Shown piece after piece: positions 53,254 through 64,000 of a DNA stretch of 64,000 bases. The DNA is taken from positions 2,065,854-2,129,853 of the forward strand of contig NW_003526940.1 in NCBI RefSeq assembly GCF_000181795.1, given 5' to 3'. The position numbers and the translations under genes are program-made. Numbering within the stretch: the first letter of the stretch is position 1; every line of letters begins with the position of its first letter. Source of the DNA: Trichinella spiralis (taxonomy: Eukaryota). Below the pieces are notes generated by a model, which did no database searches, had not been told where the DNA came from, and worked only from the letters and a program-made list of their open reading frames with translations.

Positions 53254-56200
53254 ATGAATTATCATCCAGCAGTTGGAAAACTCTTTCAACGCTTATTAGC
53301 GTTAGCATTGATCTCTCTGGTCGTCCGTTGTAGTCAAACTTGCCCAATAACTATCAATTCGCTTTGTCAATGTCACAATCTGCATCACGGTATCGCATTA
53401 CAATGCACCGGTGCGACGCTTGGCAAAGTTGTAGAAGCTCTGGCCGTACACAGCGAAACGATCGAAAGTTTAACACTGCGTTATAGTGATATCCGTACTT
53501 TGGAAGCCAACTCATTCGCTTCGTTAGCTATCAAGAAGCTCGACTTGTCCAGCAACAATATTCACAAAGTAAGTAGTATTTCCACTTGACTTTTGTACAT
53601 TTCATTAAAAATTTTCCGTTGAACAATTCATTTTTTGTCGTAAATTTCTTGTAAAAATGTAAATGTAAAAACACATACAGACAAACAGACGGATATATAA
53701 TAAACTTGATCATTTCAAAAATTCAATCATCTATCTGATCAGATGATAAAAATTGGATTATTATTTCTGATGAGTTGATTTTTGTTTGTCTTTTACAGAT
53801 TGAAGAAGATGCTTTTGGGAAACAAGCTTCTTACATTACAGAATTGTTGTTGGCAAACAATTCGCTTACTGAAATACCACCGTTGAAGGCGTTGAAAAAT
53901 TTGGAAAAAATCGACATCAGCAATAACGCGCTCGTGGATTTGACTGAATACGCATTCGAACACAACGAAGCGTTGAAAGTGATTCGCGCCAAAAATAATA
54001 AAATCTCCACCCTTTCACCGTAAGTATTCAAATTTTCACACTTTTCAAAGAATTTACCCGATTCAAAATAATAAGACTAGCACAGTTTGGCAAATGTGAT
54101 TCTAATTTTGCAGAAATTCACTGAACGAAGTGAAAAACATTTTGGAATTGTTGGATTTGTCCGGCAATCAGTTGATCCAAGTGCCAGCTCAAAATTTACG
54201 AAGCTTTCAAAAGCTCAGGGTTTTGGATTTGAGTGACAATCTTATCGACAAAATTCCAAATTTACAATTCATGAACATGCCAGAATTGAGGGATTTACGC
54301 TTGGGCGGGAATAAAATTGCCGCAGTGATGCCACTGGCTTTCATGAACATTCCCAAGCTCGAAGTGCTAAATTTGACAAGAAATGCAATTACGACGATGG
54401 AAACGAATCCCATACAACAGTTTGAAAATTTAGAAATTCTCGACCTCAGTTGGAACAAATTGAACAAGGTAAAATGATCCGAACGATCAATTTCTAATTG
54501 TGCAAATTATACGCCACGCTCATTTTTCGTTCATTTCAGCTGAATGCTTCGTCGTTCAAAGATCTTGCAAAATTGAAAGAATTGCATTTGCAGAACAACG
54601 AAATTCAAATAGTCGAAACGATGGCAGTCAGTGACAACAGCGAATTAAGGATGATCAATTTAGCCAACAACAAAATCAAAGAACTTTACAAAAATGCCTT
54701 CGACCAACTTCCGAATCTCAATACATTAATATTGACCAACAATCAACTGCATGAGATTGGTAAGTTTCAATTACACAAATTAGTCATCAAATGCATAAAC
54801 AAATCTGACAAACAAATAATAATTAAAGTTAAATTATCAATTTTGTTTTTCGCATAATCCTACGTGACTGTTAAATTTTACACTAGCAGTTGTGATAATT
54901 CTTTCTAAAAGTAATTAATTAAAGTTCCCATCTGACAATTTAAACGTGCTGAATAAATAATGTTGCAAAAGAAAAAAGAACGTATATTTACAGTTGTTTC
55001 TAAATTTCTTTCTTTACAGACCAAGGTATGCTATCCGGCATGCCGAATCTGCAACAACTGAAACTGCGTTCCAATAAAATATTAAAAATTGAAAAAGGGG
55101 CCTTCGAGACGATGCCTCTGCTAACCATGCTAGATGTGAGTGACAATTTGTTGGAAATCCTGCCTGTCGAAGTGTTTCACAACTTGAATCGCCTATTCTG
55201 GCTCGACCTGAGCAACAATCGGATACGTAACATCGACCAAGGCACATTTCAAGCGAAAATTACCAATCTACTATTGCAAGGTAGATTTTTTTTGTGAACT
55301 GTGAAAAAAGTGGCGAGTGCTCAAATTGTATTTGGAAATTAAATTGTTTTCATTTTCTCTTCAGGAAATCCTCTCAACTGCAGTAGTTCCATAGCTTGGC
55401 TGGTGAGCTATTTGACAACACAAAATGTGCGTACATTTTTCCCAGATCAACCGGATGTTGTTTGTCAATATCCGTCAGCAGTGAAAGGCAAATCGTTGAA
55501 ACAAATGATGCTTGTTCAAGTCAACGAAACTATGGCAAGTAAGTGAGCACAAATCGCACAGCCTGGACACTATTCGAGTCCATTTTGGAGCGCGAAATTT
55601 GCTCGATCACACACCGATTGATTGCTATTGTAGAAGCCAAAGAGACTGGCCAATCAGAAGAGAGCGCTTTGAGCTTGCTGAGTCGTCTGCTTGCGGCGAG
55701 CAAAGAAATTTCCAGTGGCAAAGAAGTTCCTCAGTCAGGTTTGGGCATTTTTCCGGCACTGGACCAAATCACTACACCGTTGGCCAGATTGTTGGTCGGA
55801 GAGAAGTCGAAAGAGGATTTGAGTAGCATTTTGAAAACAATTCCAACGTTGCTGAAAAATCTACCCCAGACAACGGCTTCCGCTACGGCAACTCAACCAT
55901 CGTTGAAAAACATCCCTCCAGAATTGATCAGTTACGTTCTTCGAGGAGGACAAATTCCAGGTGTACCGCCGGCAGTGTTGAAGAAGACGGTCGAAAATTA
56001 TGCAAAATCCCTGTTAACCGATTCGACAACAGCAAAAAATTTGCTACAGCTTACGACGAACGACAACAACGATGCAATAATGTCTGCAGGATCGTCATTT
56101 CCAACTGAATTAATCGACGACATATTGCGTGGCAATCCGGTGCTCGGCTTGAGCAAAGAGGAGACGAAACAGCTACGGCAACGATATTTGAGCATGTTAA

Positions 56201-56964
56201 TAGGCTCAGATTCGACATCCGATTCAGCAAAAACAAACAACAACAACAACAACGTAACAACTACCAACAGTGGGGATTTGTTGTTCGGTTTGAATATGAA
56301 CAACCTGAAGCAGATTGATCTGAATCAAATACCGCGATCGATAATACAACAGTTGATCGCAAATCGTATACCGGGTGTGTCGATTGATATGGTGAAAAAA
56401 TTGATGGAAAAGAACCCACAACTGTTTGGAGAACTTGTCAGCGAACAATTGAACCAAAGCACAGTCGACGAGGAGGGAAAAAGCGATAGCAATGGTAAAA
56501 AACAACGGGTACCGGCCGTCAATGCTCAACAGCAACAGCTGACCAACAAGAAGAACAGCCCACCGTACGATGTGGAACGGTTGGATCGTAAAGTCGATTT
56601 GAGCGTTTTCGACGAAAATCGAACCCAACCCCTGGACACGTCGACAGTGACCACTGTGGCGTTGAGCATGGTCGGCTTGTTGACCGTGTTGACCACGGTT
56701 GTGCTGTGCTTGCAACGGGCAAAAAAGAGACGACGGGATCAGTTGAACATGCGACAGCAGAATACGCTGTCTTCGAAATGCAGCCTTGCCGGACCTTTCG
56801 ACAACGGAGCTGTGCCCAACTTCTACCCACACACTGCACCAACAACAACGGTCAATAATGGTGCATTCGATTTCGATTCATGCTACGAATCGTCGCCAAA
56901 TCGCAACCCTTACACACCGGTCGATTCTGACAGTCGACTGGTCCATCATGCCATGAATGTGTGA
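53254..56964 (+). CDS. Extracellular LRR-only membrane protein 2 (possibly EGG-6-like); exons 53254-53568, 53799-54019, 54114-54468, 54540-54759, 55020-55280, 55365-55538, 55634-56964
   Basis: Signal peptide, CP..CQC LRRNT, LRRs, GNPLNC LRRCT, long juxtamembrane region with repeated PxELI..xLRG..IPG units, TM, KKRRR. Confidence 0.88.
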
Positions 56965-59900
56965 CTGGGAACCGCAAAGTTCTGCAGACAATTCGGATAT
57001 TGTTGTTAACATATTCATTTTTTATCCATTCCATCGAACTTATTATATTTGTGTATTTTTTGTTTGCTGTTTCCACCATGCATATCTGTTTTTTTCCAAA
57101 ATCTCATTTTCTATTTCTTTTCAACTCTGTTCTCTCTCTGTGTTATGGAACATTTTATCCAGTGTAAAAATAAGATTTATGTTTGATAATTTTTACCGCT
57201 TGTTTATTAACAACTGAAAAAATGTTTTTTTTACCAACATTGCTTTATTAAAAACAGAACAATTTGATTTTCCTTTCCTGTTGTACCACACTAACCAATA
57301 TCAGTGAAGAGGAATATTGTAAAGGAAAATTAAAATATATTTCATCATCACCAACTACAAACTGCATACACTTGTTGTCTTAAAAGCAACTTGCCGTAAC
57401 GCCAATTCATTCAACTAATATAATTGCCTATTATTATTATTATTATTATTACTATTCAAAACATCGCATACGTTGACCAGCAATAATAATAATATTTCAA
57501 AATTTAACTTATTCACCTATTTATTTTCTATTTTACTATCGAAAATGCGTGCTCAATTCTCAATTCAACTTATCGACCACAAAATGATACGCAGTTTATT
57601 GTCATTTTAATTTTTGAAATATTTAAAAAAATAAATTCATTTTAAACATTTGAAGAATTGCAAATTGAAATAAATAAACACCCTTTTCAAAAATGCTTAG
57701 TCAGTGGAAAAAAATGTCCACCCTTGCAAAAAGTGCCAATTTCACCCCCTTTAGGCTAATTTTTTCTTCCACCGTATCCATTTATTGCATTTGTTGTGAT
57801 TTTCATTGTTTCAGTCCGTTCACGTACCAAAAATACCATTCGGTTCGATGTAGTCGACAACTGGAAACAAAAAAAACAACAACAACTGCTGCTTCATCGC
57901 TGCATGTTCATGCACGCATAAAATAAATTTTCAAACAAATCAACTGACAAATCAGAAGAAATATATACATTTTTTCAAAATAATAATTTAATAATTAAAA
58001 ATACAAAAACATACACGTGTGTGTAGCTTATGCTGGTAATGAAAATTATGCATGCACCTCTGGTAACAACAGGCAAATTGTTTCGAGACAATAATTGCAT
58101 ATCAAATCAAATATCAATTATTGCAAAAACAAAAAGAAAATACTCATAACCAATTCAGTCTATTATCTCATATCCTGCAAACAAATATTTCAAAAATGTA
58201 AAATACATTTAAAAAAACACAAGCAAAAAGTAACTGGTTACTGGATTATATTTAAATATAATGGACTAGAAATCCATTAAAATATAGATTAATCAAAAAC
58301 AATAAACAGATATTTTTAACATAAATACAACAAATTTCAATTATATTACATGCAAAATTATATATTTGAAATGAATATACACATGTACACACACGTGTGT
58401 GCGTGTGTGTACATTACAATTAAATTTAAATAAAAAAAACATCAAGCTTAATCGTGCTTATATAAGCATGATAAGTTTGTTGGTAAAATATGCCAAGCTT
58501 TTGAAAGAAGAAAATTCAACAAAATTGGCAACAAATGCAGGCAGAATACAACAGCAATATGAATGAGTGAGTGAATGAATGAATGAATGAATGAATGGAT
58601 TGTCGATGATACAGGATGCAATGACCTGAAAGGATAGATGGGTCGTTGTACGACCGTGGTCGTAACACAATTTCACCTATGCTAAGCAAAAATTAGCGTT
58701 TTTCACAAACTCTGACGTCCAACTGACTGACTCGTGACTACTTTTCCATATTTAGGGATTGCAATTTGTTCGGATGAAAACAAAATACATTCCGACAAGA
58801 TATAATTCACAACCGATTGCTTATTAATAAATTAATGATCAGATGATCAATCAACTCTAATCAGATACAAAAAAACAATAGCCTTTCAATTGATCGTTGG
58901 TATTTTTCAACCTACTTGCTTGGATCAGGTAAGATTTTTTTTTACTTTAAACTTATTATAACTTTTATTATACATTTTATTGACAACATTACCAAAACGA
59001 TAAACATAAAACGTGGTCATTTCTGATGATAATGATGATGATGCAATGTTTTCATGCTGAATTAGTTCATGCTTGGCTATTTAAACAAACATTGCTCATA
59101 AAATTGCACTTGTCATGCAAGGATGCTTTTGCAGAGGTTAAAAACGGTAGTTAAGCGAACAAGTAGATTTATTTTGTTTCATAAAATGGATTTCTCACTG
59201 TTGATTTTTGATACCAGTCACTATTTCAATCCTGCTATCACCAAAATTGTGGGCATAAAATTGTCGAAAATTTCCAAAATACCATGCACTGTTGATGAAT
59301 TCAATGCTCAATTTTGTTCAACAATTCTCTTCTATTGCATATGAAAATAACAAGGAAAAATTAAAGATAATTCTAAAAACATCTCTTCCTATTTGTAACA
59401 TGATGCTGTAATTTCAGATGCTTTTCAAAATTTATTAATAATTATAAAACCTTGTTTTCTTTGTCTAAAATTTTCACAACAAAAGGAAAGTAGACGATAA
59501 GAAAAAAAAAGATTCAAATTGAAAAATACTCAGTTGAGTCATTAATAATTAAAAAAAGAAAAGGTAATAATAATAATTTTTTTCCAACTTTTCCCGCAAC
59601 TGGCACCGAACTGTACAACACGCCGTTGGCGTGGCATGTTAGACGAAAAATGAGACCAGTGAAAAAGAGAAATTCAACCAAGTGATCGCTGACGGCTTGC
59701 TTGATTCAAGGCAAAATTGAGCAAATTAATAAAAATTGATTTATTTCATTGACTAAATTATTATTATTCTTGGGCTTTTTCGAAAAATTTCAACTTCAAT
59801 CAAATACAGACATAACAAATGAAATTTCCCACATTTCCACGTAACACTCACAACAATAATCTCTTACCTCTCTCTACAAGTACTTTTCGATAAATAAATC

Positions 59901-61117
59901 CATGATAAAAATAATAATAATAACAATGAAAAAATAAAAGTAAAATTAAAAATTTGTCACTTTCTCATGCAAAAAAAAAAATCACTTGCCCTTCATCTAC
60001 AATTCCATGCTTACTTGAGCAAATATTGGCTCAAATACAACAAAGTCAAAAAGAAATTGAAAATAAATATTATTGATTCTTTGAAGGGATTATTTTTGAA
60101 TGAACAATAATAATAATATCAGACAAAAAATTACTTCCGTTGAAAATGTTTGCTTTCTTTCAAGTGGATAAAAATAAATATCATAAAAAAAAAGAGAGTT
60201 GTTGTACGTGCGAGCAAAGTTTGGGCAAGGTCGAAAAGCGGAAATGCTTTTGACCATCGATCACTTTTGTGTAGCCGTTGTCCATCAGCAGTGCCTTGAC
60301 CTCACCGGTTGGAAGAGAGACTTGAAATATGTGCACAGTTGAAGCAACAGTTCGATCCCTCTTGATTACAACAAATACAAGTCAGTACACATACATACAC
60401 ACACGATCAACTAAGAGAATAGATTTTATCCGTATCGTGCGCACGAAAGATGCACATTAAGACCACGATTACATAGATGATTGTAGTACATAGAGAGATG
60501 GCAAATTTTTACAATTTTTCATGGTCGCCCGCCGAATACAACTTCCGTCATGTGTCGTCAGTATGCTGTTCACGTAGAACAACAATACGACCTTGAAAAA
60601 CACCCATACGCATCAATACATCTCTTGAGAGTTATACAAAAGCGTTGGGCCAGAAATTGACATTGAACGCACCTATTTTTAAACGTCAACCCAAGCAATA
60701 GGAAGCTCACAAACAATTCTGTCGTCTAAGCAGAATCCTACTGAACAACCAACCAACCAACCAGCCAACATACACACACACAAGATTAGGATATTGGTAT
60801 TTTTCATCTTTTCCTTTTGTTCTTGTATTGATCTATTAATCGAGTCAGTGTTTTTGTTCAATCTACTAAACACTGAGGAGCTAGCTAAAGGCATAATTCC
60901 CCCTCTGTCTGATCATTTTGAAAATGTCCACTTTTGAACAAAAATTGTTGTTCCTGTTGTAGCATGATTTCCTTTTTTACACTTGCATGAGAAGTATAGA
61001 ACAACAAACATAATTAATACAAAATATGATGCATATATATATATATATATATATATTGTAGTTTTCATCGTGTCCGTGATTTAGATTAAATTGAACAAAG
61101 AAGAGAAAAACGTAAAA

Positions 61118-63781
61118 ATGATCGTACAATTCTACTACACCTATTGCACTGTGGTAGTAGTGTTGGTGTTGCTCAGCCGTGCAGCGGATGCTTATTGTCC
61201 CACAGACGAGCAAGTGCTAGCATTGTGCTCGTGCCAGTCGAGCTCGGATGGAATTGTGCTCGACTGTTCCAACGGGGACGGTTTGCGGACGATCGACATC
61301 CTGCGTCACAACCATGCCAAACTTGGTCTACTTCTAGAATTGAAAATGCGCAACTGCTCAATTGTCGAACTTGGCGAACGCATCTTTCACGGTCTGTATG
61401 TGAAAAAGTTGGATCTGGCGGAAAATTCGATCGAACAGATCGACATCAACGCGTTCGACGGTCTGAAGAATATTTTGCAAAGTTTGTCGCTGAAAAACAA
61501 CAGCCTGCGTGAAATTCCCAACAAAGCGTTGAATAACATGGAAGCGCTACTGCAGCTCGACTTATCCAACAATCGAATCGACAATATCGACGACAATGAA
61601 CAGTTGATCAATTTGCCAAAGTTGGCCGATTTGAATTTGGCCAACAATCGTATCTGCGCCGTCCACAAAGACGCTTTCGACGTGGTCAAGCACAGCTTGC
61701 AGACGTTGAATTTGGCAAGCAACTGTTTGGACGAAGTGCCGGCGTCGGCGATAAGGGGTTTCAAAAATTTGCTCGCCTTGCATTTGCAACGGAACCGTCT
61801 GACCACGTTGAAGCCGTTGCAATTTGTCAATTTGCCCTATTTGAATCTGCTCAACTTGGCCCACAACCAAATCCACACCGTCTACAAGCAGGCATTTGTC
61901 AACGTACCGGCTATACGTTTCCTCTACTTGAGCGACAATGCGTTCACTCAACTCCAACCGTACATGTTTTCGACGTTTGAAAATTTAGAATTGCTCGATT
62001 TGACCAACAATCGTATCCGCGTTTTGCCTGGCCATGCGTTTTCCTCAATGCCCAAACTGACTCAACTGTACTTGGCTGAAAATCAAATGGAACGCATCGA
62101 ACCTTTGGCATTCGAAAACAGCAGCCTAGTCATACTGATGTTGGCGAACAACAATCTCACCGAAATCACCGGCGATACACTTCAAGGTCTCGACTTTTTG
62201 CAACAGTGCAGTTTGAAATACAACCAGGTAAAAAAGAAATGTGTTAACCCCCCCCCCCACTTACATGTGTACAAATTTTATACACGCTTGTGTCTGTCAA
62301 TGTTTACCGGATTTTAATTGTCTTTCTTCTTGTTCTCATCAAACAGATATCCAAAATTGCATACAACGCATTCCATCCCGTCCCTGGTTTGGTTGTTCTC
62401 GATTTGTCGCACAACAAGCTCAACACGTTGCCAGATTCGGCATTTTTCACACAGCTGAATCTATTTTTGCTCGATTTGTCCAACAACAACCTCTCACGAA
62501 TCCCATGGGAAGCGTTCAACAAACGTACTGTAACTATCATGCTCCAAGGTAAAAAAACAAAATGTTTTTTCTTTAATTTTCATTTTAAAATAATAATAAT
62601 TTTTATTTCACATTATATTCAGAAAATCCCCTCGTCTGCACTGAACGTATTCAAATGATCGAAAACAACATGGGTATTTTCATACCAAACTCTGCCGATG
62701 AAGTTTGCAAAAAGGGTAAGTATTTTTTTCCCCATTCATTGGATGATAATTCAAACAATGATAATATTCGCAAAATTCACATATGTTTTTATCAGATGAC
62801 ATGAACACAACAACCGTAATGCAAACAACAACGACTGATCAAGCAGAGAATGTAAAACTAGTAGAAAGCCAGGCTGAGTCAAAGATACAAGACAATTATG
62901 CTTCAAGTTCATTCGGTGATTCTAAACCGCCCGTACAGACCACGACGACAACTGTTCCAATGACCAAAAGCAATGTCAAAATAGTGGAAACAATACCACC
63001 TGGTATAATTATAAAAGAACTACGCGCAACTACTACTACTACTACTACTACCACTGAACCACAACAACAATCTGAAAATGATAAAACTATCACTACAGAA
63101 GAATCGAGAACAATTTATCCGGTGCCGATTCCATTTCTCAGCAAAGCGCCCGACATGCATCAAGCGTACGCGGTTGATACGGATCTTGTAATGGCGAATA
63201 CGGAGCAACCCAATTTTGCAATGTTCACCGGTCTGCCGGACAGTATCATCACCGCACTGCCAGTTTGGACAGATCCTCCGAATTACAGAAAACCGTCTCC
63301 GACCAAGCTGAAAACCCAAATGCCAGCCAACAGTGCGTCGAAACAGAACTTTGAACAAGCCGTGCCGGTGGTCAACGCGGGCGTACAAGAGGACGACGAC
63401 GACGACGGCGGCTTGCCGTCCGACGCGATGAGCAATTTCAGTCAAAGCGCCAAAACTACTGCCGCGGTCTGCGTTGGAGTCGTCGCGTCGGTGACCATAC
63501 TCGTCGTTGCCGTGTTGTATTTGGTGAAACGTCGAAATCGCCTGCACGCCAGATCCGTATCCGGCGACAGTCGCACTTCAGCTTACGTAGCGGCTCACAC
63601 GATCGGATACAACCGATATCCGGGTATGGTCAGCACGACGCCGAACGCGTACGCGACGGATGCCATCACGCCCTGCAGGCCATCCAGACAACGCGACATT
63701 ACCACTTACAGCAGAAACAATCAAAACTGGCTCTACGATCCCGTCTGCTATTCGAATTCTAGCGTCTACTACAACAAATGA
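61118..63781 (+). CDS. Extracellular LRR-only membrane protein 3 (possibly LET-4/SYM-1-like); exons 61118-62227, 62347-62548, 62623-62715, 62796-63781
   Basis: Signal peptide, LRRNT, LRRs, short NPLVC...C cap, Thr-rich mucin-like stalk, TM, Tyr-rich tail. Confidence 0.88.
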
Positions 63782-64000
63782 CGTTCCAAAAGTGACAAAA
63801 TGGTAAATGCGAAACGGGTACCGTCTGAAAGTTTAAAATGAAAATTCAACGACGGCCCAACAGCCATCACATTCAATAGCAACCAACAATTAGCCTCTTT
63901 TCACACGAACTTAGGCCTTTTAGTTGATTTTGATTTTTTTTGCTTTGCTCTTTTTCATGTGCAATTTCAACATAAGCTGAAATGAAATGCTACAATTTGA

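Noticed and set aside
59123..60900. Possible missing minus-strand BLTP3 exons
   Set aside because: The candidate segments I checked have stops or lack compatible splice sites and similarity.

Overview
AT-rich, intron-containing eukaryotic DNA. It is most likely from a clade I (enoplean) nematode such as Trichinella; this is inferred from gene content, short introns, a U12-type intron and Hog-domain genes. I reconstructed about 17 spliced or intronless protein genes by hand: 3' end of GPR89/GPHR, INPP4 (PH + CX5R phosphatase), glyoxalase I, two tandem hedgehog-related Hint/Hog autoprocessing genes, MED28, ERGIC2, an Mxd/Mad bHLH-ZIP, two small HSPs, SmF, prefoldin 4, ABHD18, Pol III RPC7/C31, the 3' part of a BLTP3/UHRF1BP1-like gene, and three single-pass extracellular LRR genes. 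The window also holds tRNA-His(GUG), a U1 snRNA, a decayed BEL/Pao LTR retroelement and a hAT transposon remnant. Highlights: (1) a pair of secreted self-cleaving Hog proteins whose payload is a 43-aa six-cysteine domain I cannot assign, with non-canonical R|C cleavage sites and His in place of the sterol-activating Asp; (2) a textbook AT-AC U12 intron in ABHD18; (3) three LRR genes apparently nested antisense in a >17 kb intron of the BLTP3-like gene, with repeated NR5A-type CAAGGTC motifs upstream; (4) an ERGIC2-MED28 operon-like pair. Exon boundaries are manual predictions, and family assignments come from remembered motifs rather than database searches.
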